A DNA stretch of 64,000 bases, taken from NCBI RefSeq assembly GCF_009914755.1, contig NC_060929.1. One strand, 5' to 3'. The notes under the pieces are model-generated. The model searched no databases. It was not told the DNA's origin and saw only the letters and a program-made list of their open reading frames with translations. Position 1 is the first letter of the stretch; every line of letters begins with the position of its first letter. The translations under genes and the position numbers were made by a program. Positions 33,590 through 51,325 of the stretch are shown here, in pieces. The DNA is from the human T2T-CHM13v2.0 reference genome, Homo sapiens.

Positions 33590-35650
33590 GTCCCTGTTTG
33601 AGCAGGCTGTTTGCGCTTGCCGCGGCTTGTTTGTCCCTGGCGCCCCGCTGTTGAAAGCCTCAGAGCGTGTGACAGTTGGCAGGCGCAGTGAGGCGCAGCC
33701 CGAGCCAAGTCAATGCAGGGGCCGGGGCTGAGGGAGGGGAAGAGGCAGAGGAGGCGGTGATGGCGCGCTGGGAGGGCGGCGGCCTCTGCAGCGAGGGTGG
33801 TGGCGATGCGCATACCGAGAGGATAAGGAAGCGGTTCCCGACGAGCCTCCTCGGGGCTTATGGGGCCCCTGGCGGTTCGGCCTCGGAGGCTAGCGGGGCT
33901 GCCCGATTTGGCACTGGAAACAATGGTGGCTCGGGGCTGGAGGCAATGGCGCGAGTGCTGGGGGGCAGGGGCGACTAGGGGAGTTTCGGTTTCTCGGGCC
34001 TAGCGCCGCGGAGCCTTGCTGCGGGCCCCAGTGGTAGCACCCCCGGGAACCGCAGGTGTTGATTTAAGGCTCGGAACAGGCGGGCCTTCTGCCCACATCC
34101 TGCGGCGCCCGCGACCCGGGCCGGGCGATCCGGCGCCGGGTTTTGTTATCCGCCCGCACCTAGAGGCCGCAAGGCAGCCGCCAGCCCCGGGACTGGACCC
34201 CAGGGCGCCCTCGGCCCTGCGAGGTCCCCGCCCTCTCTTCCGTCTCCTCCTCACCGCCCTCCTGAGGCACTCTGATGCGGGCGGGCATCTCTGCCGAAAA
34301 CACCTACAGCGCCCGCTCCCTCGGTCCTTCGAGCAGTGATCCCTCCGCGGCCAACCTCCCCAGGGAAACCAGCGATTCGCGGTTCAGATAGCGACCTTCG
34401 CCCGCAGGTTCCTGCTCTGCCTTCAGACTTCGGCTTCAGTGGCACCTGCTCAGCGAGGCCTCGTCTAACCAAGCCATCCGAATTAACTACCCACTCACTC
34501 GCCATCACATCACCCCGATTTAATTCGCAGCGGGGCACTGACTTTACACTCGTGTGTCTTCTGTGTTTATTTATGGTCTGTTTCTGGAATGTCCGCTCCT
34601 GGGACTGGGACCATGATTTTCTGGCGCAGTGCGGGTGTCTCGGCGTCCGGGATCGGGCGGGTCGCAGTAGGGCTCCACATTTGTTGAGTGACTGAACACC
34701 GTTCCCGGCCGGGGAGAGCGCCGCAGCCGGGTCCACTTCAGGTAGGGGCTGGGCTTTCCCGGCCCCGCCTAGGCCCCGCCCCCAGCGCGAACCCGCTCCC
34801 ACCTCGCCTGTCCACGGAGCAGCAGGGGGTTTGACTGTGCTTTTCCCTCTTGCTTCCCTCGCTCTTTCTGCAGCTGCCACGAAAACCCGGAACGGCGGAG
34901 CGGCGCCGCCCCTCGCGGCACCTCCCTGGCAGCCCTTGGAGGCCGCGCTGGGCATGCTCAGTCAGCTGGGCCGCCTCAGCTCTCGGAGTAGGAAGCTCGG
35001 GCGCTCCGGCTGTAAGGAGCCGCGGCGGGGGGAAAATGGAGCCCTTCACCAATGGTGAGTGGGCTGCCGAGGCGCCGGGACCCGGGCTCTCCGGAGCCCT
35101 GAGGGTCGTGGGCAGTCGTGACACGCGGGGTCGGGCTGCAGCCGTCTCCCCCAACACCGCGGGCTTCCCACGAGGGCTGAGGGAGGCAGGGAGAGGGGAT
35201 CTGGGGGAGGCAGGGAGGTTCGGGGGGCGGGCGGCGGCCAGTGCGGGACCCGGGGCTGGCTTGAAGGTCAGCGCCGCCGCCGCTCGCCCGGGGTGCGGCC
35301 GGTGGGCAAACAGCAAAGTTTGGGCTGCTGTGCGCAGAGGAGTGGGCAGTGGGAAAGTTGGCAGCTCAGGTTTGCCCCCGGAGGAGGCGGTGTCGGCCCG
35401 ACTCTCCTGTAGGAGCGTTAAGTTGTGGCAGCTGCCGAGCCCAACTTTTGTGGGGCGCCAGGAGCTGTCCCCCTGCCCTTCAGTGAGCTGCCGGCGTGAC
35501 TTTTCCTAATAGGGCGGGGTGGGGGTGGGAGGCTTGGCAGGTTAATGTTGTGGAAGGAAGGGAAACTTCAGGAAAGGCTTGCTCACCTCGCTCGGTGCCG
35601 CGGAGGTGCCTGGCCACAGTGCCACCCTCCTGACCCTGCCGAGGTACTCG
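33590..35650. promoter_or_regulatory. LNPEP: CpG island / LNPEP promoter (TATA-less, multiple GC boxes, likely bidirectional)
   Basis: Abrupt GC- and CpG-rich block in AT-rich DNA. CCCCGCC/GGGCGG boxes, e.g. near 34763-34782. Surrounds the LNPEP ATG. Confidence 0.93.
35036..35054 (+). CDS. LNPEP: LNPEP (leucyl/cystinyl aminopeptidase, IRAP/P-LAP) exon 1 coding part, MEPFTN(D)
   Basis: aaaATGG strong Kozak, then ATG GAG CCC TTC ACC AAT G|gtgagt with a consensus donor. Matches the recalled IRAP N-terminus MEPFTNDRLQLP and the gene order after ERAP2. Confidence 0.95.
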
Positions 35651-38078
35651 GCAGGGCCACCACGCATCCCCTCACTGGCTGCAGATCACATCAGTTTTTC
35701 AGTCAAAGACTTGTTAATGTCAAGGGTCCGTCACGGTGGTGATACCACTGTGTGACAGGAAGCGAGAGTCAACGCAGGGAGCCTGCACCCTGCAAACAGC
35801 CACAGCCCTTCACTGAACGGGGAGCATAAATCCCACCCTAGTTAGAACCATGGCTTTTGTGCGGACCAGAAGTGCCAGAGCCACAATATAGGGGTGAGAT
35901 GTCTTACCGTTTTGCGGTGTTGAGTGTGTGGATTCCCTTTTAAGATAGAAAGTAGGAAAACTGCCAGTAAGGGAGACGACTCACTAAAAGAGGATTCAGT
36001 CTCTGGTTGACATGTTTTGCTGAGTGTGGTTGGTTACTTCAGGTACAGTATCACATTAATAGGGGCCACAGTCTATATCCCTGTTTAGTTTGTTAGTTAC
36101 CACTCAAGAGCAGACAGATATTGTCCACTTTATCCCAAATCCCAGCCAGACTTTGTTGTATGCTGTGCTTCATTCATGGGGCTGTGAACTACTGATTATA
36201 TTCTCCCTATTCCTAATGTAGAATGCTTTATTCTACTGCCATCTTTCTGTCTGCACTGTTTAATTAGGCTTACTGATAACAACTTTAATTCTGAATTTTC
36301 TTTCTCATTCAGGTTCTATTTGTAATTACTAAGACTTAAAGAATAGTCTGGTGAAGTTACTCGAAGAATTAAGGAAGGTTTGAGCTAAAATGAACTAGAG
36401 ACCATCTAGTACTTTAGTGTAAAATATGTTTAATACAAGTCGTTAAGTCCTTGTAAGTGACTATTCCAATGTTCATTCTTTGTTTTTGGAAGAATGCTTG
36501 GAGTTACCATGTTTTTAAATGTGAAATTTCATCTAAATTAAAAAAAAAATCTCTGTGATGAGGCTGACTCACCCATTTGGTCAAGATTAGTGCTAGCTGA
36601 TTTGCTGAACCTTTGCCTACAGAATTAAAGTACTTTCTCAAGTTTTAAAATTGGTGTCTTTTCTCTTATAGAATATGCTTCTAGATTGCTTCTAGATGTG
36701 GGTATTTGCAAACTGTCACATTTGGGAGGACAATGGAAAAATCCCACAGAAGAGAACAAAAAAAGAAGCAATGCTTCAACTTTCATGTAGGAAATTGGAT
36801 TTCTGATTCTTTCCTATCTTTCAGAGTTGATGCTGGAGACAGCTTGGCAGTGCATAATTTTGGTTAATGTAGCAATCACTCCTTGGAGCCTTATTTAGCA
36901 TCCTTTTACAAGGAAAACAGAAACGACAATATCTACAGTCAATAAGAAATTAAATGTTAGCAATTTGAAGTGCTTTTCAGGTTTAAGATGGACAGGGTAT
37001 TTATTTGAAAACTTTTGAAGGATTGCTGTAGAATTTTCTAGTGTTTTCAAATGACATGGTACAGTAGACAGTTATATACTTCATCCTTTTGAGTACAAAA
37101 AATAATGCATGTATAATGCTCCCATTGGTCTGGGTGTGATGATGCAGAGTATTTCATTATCCATAGAATTTATGATTGCAAGATTTATCAAGCCTGGTAT
37201 TGGATTTTGTTACACGTTCATCCTCTTTTAATGGAATCTTTCCCACTTACACTTTTTCATGTATCCCTATATATGTAGAGAGGTGTATGAGCTTAACAAA
37301 AAACAGTTTCAGTAATTTAGGACCACATATCTTTTAGTTAAAATCTTGTCAGTGGTTCCATCTACTGACCTATGCATTTGTAAAGGAAGTGAATTTAGCT
37401 TATATCTTGTCACTCTAGCCTTCAATACTCATCTATTCCAGTACGTTTTTTTTGTAGTTTCCCTGTTTTCTGTCCAAAGTTGCCACTGGTATGACCTATT
37501 TTTGTTGGGCCCTGCTCTCTACCTGTTGATAATTGGTTCATTTGATGAATATCCTATGTTAACCTGTTCAGGTAACATACTTCTGCAACCCATTTAAAAT
37601 GCATATCCCTGGAAAGGGCTTATAAGGATGGATCTTAGTGCTAGGAATTCCCATTTAGCTCAGGATCTATTTTTGGCTTTGTCCTTGGGAGGGATTGCTA
37701 TTATGTTGAAGTCTGGACATCTGGTCTGGGTTTGGATCTTTGGTGGCTTTTTTTATGAAGAGAGATGTGCTGGACCAGTACTTAAGATTGTTTTGGCAAT
37801 AATGATTATGTCTTATTAGGCAGGTAGAGGTAAAACTGTTAAGTAATAGTGATTTGTATATTACAAAAAAAAAAAAAATTGAAGGCAACTATCTGCTTTT
37901 TTGGTTAGAGATATTAGATTAAATAATTCTTTGATGTTTATCCAGATTTTTGTCTTCATTTGCATGCAGGGTTGGTATATTTTGTAAAAACTTAAATTCA
38001 TCTTAAGAAATGCAAATGCTAAGGTTCACCCTCAGAATCTGATTAAGGAGGTCTGATTATATATGAAATACATACTAG

Positions 38079-38385
<307 letters not shown>

Positions 38386-39732
38386 GAAAGTATATATACT
38401 TTCTAGTTTGTGATATATTCTAAAGTATATCTAAAGGTTGGTATTTTGGCATTTTGAGGTCCCAGAACTGAAAACATAAATAGTTTTTTTTTTCATATGA
38501 ATGTAGGTCCTATGAATCACTTTTATTACCGCAGTGTGGTGCATAATCAAACAAGGAGGACTTAGTTGTCTTAAAAAATTATTTTTGCTTTCATGTTCAG
38601 ATTGGTATCCAGTTGAAAGTATTTTTCAACTTCAAAAATGGGAAGTCTGGGCAACAAATGAGATATTTGTGGGTTGTAATACAGTATAAAATTGTGATTC
38701 CATCTTTTAATCTTACAAATAACAATTGTTCTATAGATATGTGAGTCTTTTTAAAAAAAAATTTTTAGCATCACTTCTCAAAAATGTGAGCATACCACAT
38801 TTTGTTTTTATTTTTCTTTTGCTCTATGATAAATTTCCACATTGAAAGACAACTCTTAAGAAATAGGAGCTCATAGTTTCTCTGTGTGATGGAATATAAG
38901 TTAAATCCTGTTTTTATCTTTCTGTCTTAAGTTTTTAATTTTATTTGGGGGAAATAAGACTGTTAGGAATTAAGTGTTAGCATCACTAACAATCTAGGGT
39001 TAAAGCTATAGCTAGAAACAGCCCAGTTTTTAACTGGAAACTAGTGGTAGAAAAGTTCTTTGCTATTACTTGCCAGTTTCCAAAAACTGTCTTGATACAT
39101 GCATAAAAACAGCATATTTTAGAAACTCTTATAACCGGTGATTATCATTTATCTGTAGGTTATCCTTGAGAACTCAGCCTGAAAGATAGATAACCAGAGA
39201 GATTGGTTATAAGGAAATTATATAGAAAATAAGTGGTAATTTTCTGCTCAGTAATTCAATCATACAGCTATCTTTTGAATGCCCATTTACAAGTAGATTT
39301 TCTGCTAGACACAGTTACATTAAAAAAAAAAAACCCACAACCTCGTCATCAGATAATGCTTACCTAAATAAGAGAAATGAATAGAAGAACCTAGTTTTGT
39401 TGTCATGCTAATATGAAATATGGAAACACAGAAGAAATAAAAAAGCAATAAAGTTTTGTCTAAGACAGTATTCTAATTATGAAATAAATGTACAGAAACT
39501 GTTCATAACTGTTTGCATGTCTACTAATTTAGTGTAATACTCCTATTAGGAAACAGCAGTATTAACCCTGTCTATGAAAACATTAGGAAATTGAGATTTG
39601 AAAGAGTTTAGCCAAGATTACCCCAGATGTTGGGATGGACCTAGATGAGGCCTGTGGTTCTTGGCAGTCGAGGTGAGGTCAGTGCAGCTATGTTTTGTCA
39701 ATTAGTCACCTCATGACTTGAAAACTGTAGGG

Positions 39733-40264
39733 CAGCAGTCCCCAAACTTTTCGGGACCAGGGACCACAGTCGGGGGGATGTATGTATACTTTCTAGTTTG
39801 TGATATATTCTAAAGGGGAGAAGGTTTGGGGATGACTCAAGTGCATTATATTTATTGTGCACTTTATTTCTATTATTATTGCATTGTAATATACAATGAA
39901 ATAATTATACAACTCACCATAATGTAGAATCAGTGGGAGCCCTGAGCTTGTTTTCCTGCAAGTAGACAGTCCCATCTAGGAGTGGTGGGAGACAGTGACA
40001 GATCAGGCATTAAATTCTCAAAAGGAGCACACAACCTAGATCCCTCACATGCGCAGTTCACAATAGGGTTCGTGCTCCTATGAGAATCTAATGCCACCAC
40101 TGATCTGACAGGAGGTGGAGCTCAGGTGGTAATGCTAACGATGGGGACTGACTGTAGAGATGAAGCTTCACTTGTTTGCCTGCTGCTCACTCCTGCTGTG
40201 TGGCCTGATTCCTAACAGGCCAGAGACTGGTACTGGTCTGTGGCCTTGGGGTTGGGCAAACCTA
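39733..40264 (-). mobile_element. MER1A (hAT-Charlie) DNA transposon
   Basis: Matches the recalled MER1A consensus. 8-bp TSD ctgtaggg at 39725-39732 and 40265-40272. Confidence 0.88.
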
Positions 40265-41095
40265 CTGTAGGGGGCTGGAGTTGAGCTGATACTACTAGGC
40301 CTTTCCATAGTATAATTGGAGCAACCAGAAAGACACAGTCTTTTATTTATTTATTTATTATTATTTTTTTAATTTGAATCCGTAGATAAATTTCAGCAAC
40401 TTTTCTGAAAGTTTGCAAGAAGCCAGGATTGAGAATGAAGGGACATTTTGGAGCCCTTGTGGTGGTACAGTTCTTTTTATATCTAGATCTTGACCTAGAT
40501 CTACATATGGCCGTTATAGAGAGTGTTGCTTATTGCCTTGGTGTTTCTGGACAGTAAATGGAACATCAAGAGTTCTCTGTGTCCATGGAAGGGTGGACAG
40601 GATTCCCTTGTAACCTTATCCATTGTTGTAATTCATTTGTGATTGTCCTAGCAGCACCTGAAGGACTTTGCATTTTACAAAGATGTTTAGAGAAAATTGG
40701 AAGAGGAGAATCAATGATGAAGATGAAAGAAATGTGGAGATTGGGGGTAAAGGAAGAAGCTGATAGGCAGAGATTTTAAAAATGGTCATGCCTTGATCCT
40801 TGCAAGTCTTTGGTTCAGAAATGAGCTTCAGTTGGAGAGCAGGACACTGTTGTATGAGGTTGAAGACAGAGTCTAGGTTGGAAGGGGACAGGTAGGTAGG
40901 TCTGGTTGGATTAATGGAATTGGGGGCTCAGGGGACAAATGAGTTAAGATTGGCATTTGGGAGCCTTGCCAAGAGATAGAAAACATTTGCCAGAAATTTA
41001 AGCATACTGTCTTTTTTATAGTCAGAAAATTCAGTCACTCGTAAGTTGGGACTGTTCACTTGTCTGAATGTTTTAGATTTAAAGAAAAAATATAG

Positions 41096-42115
<1,020 letters not shown>

Positions 42116-42174
42116 GAAAACTATAGAGAGCTATCTACCTTTTGGGACTACCATGGTAGCAGTCATTTGCTGTT

Positions 42175-42467
42175 CCTTTTTTTGGGAGGGACGGGAACAG
42201 GGTCTTGCTTGGCTGGAGTGCAGTGGCACGGCCACAGCACTGCAGCCTTGACTTCTCAGGCTCAAGCGATTCTCCTGCCTCAGCCTCCCGAGTAACTGGG
42301 ACCACAGGTGCACACCACCATGCCTGGCTAATTTTTGTATTTTTTGTAGAGATGGAGTTTTGCCATGTTGGCCAGGCTGGTCTCGAACTCCTGGGCTCCA
42401 ATGTTCTGCCTGTCTTGACCTCCCCAAGTGCTGGTACTATAGGTGTGAGCCAGTGCGGCCCTGTGGC
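42175..42467 (-). mobile_element. AluJ
   Basis: Diverged antisense dimer. Confidence 0.85.
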
Positions 42468-43141
42468 CAGCCTACTATTCTTTATAGCCTGGCTTTGCTT
42501 CACTTTTCTACTGGTGCTTGTGATAGAACAATGAACCAATTAATTTTTTTAAAATTCCATCCTTAACATGTAAATGAGGAGGAAACCAGGTCATTTGCCA
42601 AATAAGGAAAATTCAAGCTTCCAAGGGAGTTTCAAAAAACAATGGAGGATCAAGTTCAATTGTAGGAGACTTTTTGAAATTCTTTTTCTTCTAATACATA
42701 TTGCTTAATGAAGGTACTCCTGGGCATTCCACATATTTCAAAAATGTAGTCACTGAACCAGAACTTGAATCAGTTGTCTGAATTTCTCTGGATTGTGGGG
42801 CTCAGAGTCTTCTCCAGCCAATGATCTGGGGTGAAGGAAGTTAAAGAAGGCTTCTTCAACTGAGGGAACAGAAGAATGAGGAGTGCAGTGAGAAAAGGAT
42901 GCCTCTATGGGTTGGGTGTGCTCCCTTCCTCTTGCAGCAAGTGATGAACAGTGCTATGTGGGAGCATTTCCCGGACAACTGACTCAGGTGTCATTCAGTG
43001 CCATAGAGAAAATTTCTGGTAAGGAAGGAGGCTTAAGCCATAGTATTTCTCACAGCTGAAACTGTTATTTTGTCAAATTTAAAACAGTTGTTAGTATATT
43101 CATCAATGAAACATCATTACATTGTCAATGAAACATTTCAT

Positions 43142-44704
<1,563 letters not shown>

Positions 44705-46973
44705 AAAATCATTCCAAGATCCTCTTTAGAGGAAAAATTTATAGAGATTAGTGGGAATGATGAGGAGAACTCAATCTTGAGAGCTCAATCAAAAGGAGAT
44801 GTTTAAATATCTTTTTAAGTTGGTATTGGTAAAGTGCTTTGAAGACAGAAAGAATGTAATACATGTCTGGTGTCTGCTTGTCCTATAATTGTCGGAAGGG
44901 CCTCAATGATGAAATAAGGGAGGCTGCCATGACACTTGAGTCTTGGTGAGAGGAGCTAGTGTGTCCACATTTATCAAGATCACCTGCAGGAGTTTGGGCT
45001 GGCCCCCTCTTATTAGTAGTTTCTCTGTTTTTTAAACTGGAGGCTCAGCGCCTTAGTATCTAGATTGGGTAGCTACATTATGAAGATAACTCAAACTGAA
45101 CAATAGAGTATTGGGTATTAGTGGGAATAAGAAATGCATTGCTCTTTAAAGCAGCAGCCTCACTTCCATCTGCATCAGTACAGGATACTGAGAGGCTTGG
45201 TAGCATTCCACTTGTAGGAAGCACACAGAAAAATAATTGAATATAGAAAAGAGGGTCTAGTGTGACTTGGGGATTAGATAATAGAGCATGTTGAATTAGA
45301 TGGAAATAAGCACATGTTCACTAAAGTGTGGCTAGCTTTGTTCCAGTCCAGTTGTTCACTGCAGTTGGGCATAATTCTGTTTTAATTAATTACCAATTCA
45401 GGAAATATTATTGCGATAAAGACTTGAAGAATTTATGCATAGAATCTTGTCTTGGCACATCATCGAATGACAATGACTATTAGTAGAAAAAATGTAGTTA
45501 CTATCCCAGCCTTTTGACTAATCCATAACTAATTTTTTAAGTTGGTTAATGATAAGCAAACTGGCCCTCAGTCAGTTGTAAATTGATGACAAAGTTGTTA
45601 CTATAAAGACTGAAGACTGTCGTATACCTGGTGTTTTATCAATCCAATGAGTCACATGGAAAAGTATTACAAAAAATTATCTGCAAGGTAATTTTTTGTT
45701 CAGATCCTTCTGAGATCTGGCAAATAAATGTATTCACCAACTGAGATTTCTTGTTTAACTCACAAGTTTTCTGTATACATTGAAGAGTTCTTATAAATTT
45801 CCTTTGCAGATCCCATTCAGTGATATGCATTCTTTGTTAAATAACTCACAGATACTCATTATGTCTAATGTAATTTTTCATTTTAAATAAGGAATTATAG
45901 GTTAAGATGTTCTTTTAAGACTATAGTATAGCGAATTGATGGAATTTAAAAGTAAACTTTTTATCTTTAGATCTTGTGAAAGTATTTGCAGCTATGCAGA
46001 TTTGCTTGAGAGATTAATAAGCATAAATATTTAGGCATCATTGACAATGTAAATTACTTTATATTGCTAAATCTAACAGGGGCCCTAAGCATTGTTAAAG
46101 ACTGGCACCCTATATTGTGAGGAAAGATTTAAGAAATACTATGGAATATAAAGATTTTTTGTTAATTTGATTGGGGGGACAAGTTTGTATAAATATAAAT
46201 GTAAATAATTTAACCTAGGAAAAGAAAAAGAAAATTGAAAATTGGAGCTAAAATAATTTGATTTTTCCCTCAACAGGGTTATTGGCTGTCTTTTAAGTGA
46301 CTAAAAGAGCGTATCTTTATGTGAATTTTAGGCATGGTCATATGATTAATACAAGGATAAAGCAACCAAATGCTCTCAGTATTTATTCCCGTGCTATTTG
46401 TCTGTTTTTTAGTTCATGGAGTATTGTATTGTACTTGGTAATTTGATGCTTTTGAGATGTCCTTTAGACAGATTTTTAACTACAGGACTTCCTCTGTAGA
46501 ATCGACAATGTGTTTCACTCTCTGTGGCATTGACAATGTTTTTGAATGCCTAATTGTTCAGTAGAACTCCGTGGTTATTATTACAACTTTGTACATTATT
46601 ATAAATATTTTATATTAGTTGTATATTCCACTGCAGATAGCAACCAGAAAACTAAATACAGAAATATTACATATAGAGAGAATATAATGTACAAAAAAAA
46701 TCTTGGGAGATGAGTGCTTTGGGTTTAATTCTATTTTACTGAAACCAGAGAATAATAGGATTCAAATCTACCTAATTTTTCTATTTTTCTGATTTTCCAT
46801 TTTTCTCTTTTTGAATTTTTTCCTTTTCACATTACTTTAGTAATTTGTTCTTCATCTCTTATTTTTATCACCTAGACAGAAAATATAGCAAAGCATAAAT
46901 CATTTTTCAGGTCACCATGCTTCATTCTTCTTTTATTGGGGAAGGGGCAGTGGTGATCCGGGAAGAAGCATAG

Positions 46974-47333
<360 letters not shown>

Positions 47334-48095
47334 TAATAAGTATTTTTATTTGTTTTGCTTTTGACTTGTGCCCGTGTATCTTTTTAAAAAACTATTCTAT
47401 TTTCAAAAAGATGCCCTCCCAAATAGATACATTAAATGCATTAAAATATTCCTTTACTGTATGCTACCTTGTTCTAAGCTTTGTTCTTAAATTTACAAAT
47501 ATTAACGTAGCATGGTCCCTGATTTTGAGGAGCTTACATTCTTGTGGAATTGTTTCTCGAAAAGATTATTAATATGAACATACAGACTAGCATCCTCTCC
47601 AAAAACCATCATACTTTGAGAATTATAGGTCCAGTCCCACACCTTTTACTGGAGATACATTTGGTTTTGTAGCTTTTTTTCTTTTTTTCCATTTTGGAGA
47701 TCTATTTATAAATCTACCTTATTTTGTTGACTACTGTATAGTATAGTATAATAGTGAAGTGAAAAGTTCAGACAGCCATATTCAAATCCTGGCTCTTTAT
47801 TCACTAGCTCTCTGATTCTTAAGGATATTACCAGAATATCTTAATATCTTTAGTTAAAAACCTAAAATGTACATTCAAAACTTAAAACTTTTTTGAAATT
47901 AGCAGTGGTCTAAGATAAGTGGTGGTTTGAGCATATTCCAGCCTTAGTGAGGTTTTGAAAAGCTGGGAACTAATGGTGTTTCTTGGATCCTAATTCTTTA
48001 CTAAGGGCTTGAGGCCATTATAGGAGGATTCTTTCCATTTCATATTTATTAACAATTTTGAATTTGCAACACTTTCATGGAAGTGTTGCCTAAAG

Positions 48096-48445
48096 CATGG
48101 GTCCCCAATTTGCATGTCAAGGACCATGCTAGGAACTGGGCTTCACAGCAGGAGGTGAGCAGTGGGCAAGTGAGCGTTACCGCCTGGGCGCCTCTCCTGT
48201 CAGATCAGGGTGGTATTAGAGTCCCATAGGAGCATGAACCCTATTGTGAACTGCACTGGGGAGGGATCTAGGTTGCATGCTTCTTATGAGAATCTAATGC
48301 CTGATGATCTGAGGTGTTACAGTTTCATCCCAAAACCATCATCCCTTCATGCTCTTGCCTCTGTCACTTCCGCCACACCCCTGTCTGTGGAAAAATTGTC
48401 TTCCACAAAACCAGTCCCTGGTTCCAAAAAGGTTGGGAGCCACTA
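48096..48445 (+). mobile_element. MER1B (hAT-Charlie) DNA transposon
   Basis: Shorter MER1 form. 8-bp TSD gcctaaag at 48088-48095 and 48446-48453. Confidence 0.88.
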
Positions 48446-49779
48446 GCCTAAAGAGTAGAGGAACTGTACATTCCTACATCCAACTTAATTCTGGCCCAGG
48501 TATGCTTTCATGGTGCCTTCAAGAAAATGCAATATGCAGCACCTCATTATTCATACAAATAGGTTCTATTTGTTCAGCCGAAAAACATTAATTACATATA
48601 GCAGACAAAAACACAGTTCTTTTATATTTGCTACAATGGTTGGCGTCTAACATAGTGTTTTGTTGCACACATATTAGATGCTTAATAAATGTTATCTGAG
48701 AGTAATATTACTCCAAACAACTCCAAAACAAACATTTAACAGTTTTGTTTGGACTCTTAAATTAGAGGTCAGTCAGTCTGTCTATCCTTCCGTCCTCCTT
48801 CCCTCCCTCCCTCCTTTCCTTTTCCATCCTCCCCCTCACCTTTCCTTTTTCTGTAAACTTTTCCATAGCAAATAGAGTAATTCCAAATCATTTTTTGGAA
48901 CATTCTTATTAGTGTTCATTCAGCTTCCCTTTCCACTGAAATGAATTTATTGAGTACTTGGAGTATTTCAAACCCTATGCTTTGTACAGAGAAGACAGTG
49001 CTAAATAGGAAACCCTCTCAGTGTTAGAGGGAAAGGAAGATGATGTGGAGGGAAGGAGTCTCTTACTCTGAAGCATTTTCAAAATCAACATTAAAGAGTG
49101 AACCAACATTTACCTCCTTTCTTCTTTCATCTTCTTATTTCATAGCTAGAGAGCTGCTGTGCGTTTGAGACCTAAGTGGTGCAATTAAATCAATTTCTCT
49201 TCCTACAGTGCTGCAAGGACTTCTGGCTGACCTATATTGGGGCACTTTGCTCTTCATTAGAGAGCCACAAAAACAATTCCCAAGCCAATTAAATTCAACT
49301 TTTAAAAAGGAATTTCCTAATATACCATAGAGTTGGTGAGAAGGCAATGAATGGGTCCCACAAGCTTTCATGTAGCCTTATGGGAAGAGTAAAGGTTAAG
49401 CTGTGTCATGGTTGTCAACTGGGCAAAGCCACTGAAAGGCAGGACTCTCTATTAGTTGACGTAACAAAATATTAATAACTAGTGTTATGAATTAGTTGCA
49501 GTATGAGCTGAGGTATGAAAGCATGAATTTTAGACCTGACACTATCCAGGAGGGAAAAAAGTGGATGTTTCTGTACTGATGTTAATCAAAGGTTAAAAAT
49601 CAAATGACATTTTGAGGAAAACAAACCTAAACAACTCATTAATGGCCACACAACTTAAATTATTGTGTGCGGTACTATGAATACGTTGATTCACTACTTC
49701 CTTCCCGCTTAAAATCTCCATTTCTCCCTACTCCTTAGTATATTTATAGAGTAATTATATGGGAACATAGTATAGGCAG

Positions 49780-50506
<727 letters not shown>

Positions 50507-50837
50507 GGAGTCTTCACTTTAGACAGTTTCTTTCTGTGAACCTCAGGATAAAGAAAATTACTTTTCCACAGGAATAAGTTTTTGGAGTTTACATTCCTGC
50601 CTGAGGATGTTAAAAGAAGCATCTATAGTTAAGTTCAATTTTTTTTTTTCTGGACACAGTAATTCAGGATGATCCAAAAAACCCCTTGTCCCATTTTTGT
50701 CCTGCACTGAAGCAATTCAGACTTTCTGTATTTATTTACTTTGTGTATTTACTCTATATGCTTTTAGTATACTAAACTTGCATGTTTGGATCAAGATGTC
50801 TGGAGAGTTTGGGAGTAGTTTATCTTCGAAGGCAGAG

Positions 50838-51325
50838 TTATGCTTCTCAAACATTTTGGTTTTAGAATCTCCTTTACACTCTTAAAATTTTTTTTATCGA
50901 GGACCCCTAAGAGCTTTTGTTTGTATGAGTTATTTCTCTAGATATTTAAAAATTAACACTAACATTTTAAAAATATTTATTTAATAACAATAAACACCTT
51001 TTACATATTAAATAAAATTTAAAAAAAAGAGAATTATTATTTTCCAAAACAAAAGGATTAGTGAGATGCATTATTTTTCATTTTTGCAAATCTTTTTGAT
51101 GTTTGGCTTAATAGAATACAACTGGATTTTCAGATTTGCTTCTGCATTCAGTCAGTTGTAATAGCACAAGTCATGTAGCCTGTGGAAAACTCTGCTGTAC
51201 ACTCATGAGAGAAGTGGAGTGAAAATGGCATATAACATATTATGATGAAATAGTTTTGACTCTGAAGGCCTCCTGCAAGGGTATCAGGGATTTCTAGGTG
51301 TACCCATATCACATCTTGAGAACAT
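50838..51325 (-). mobile_element. hAT-Charlie1-type DNA transposon derivative
   Basis: ttctcaaacattttgg...tttacactcttaaaa...gaggacccctaagagcttttgttt...tgtacactcatgagagaa...cttgagaacatt. Confidence 0.65.

Noticed and set aside
33508-35509. Many long overlapping Pro/Arg/Gly/Ala-rich ORFs (up to 234 aa)
   Set aside because: Expected from stop-codon scarcity in a CpG island; only the 19-nt LNPEP coding segment is supported.
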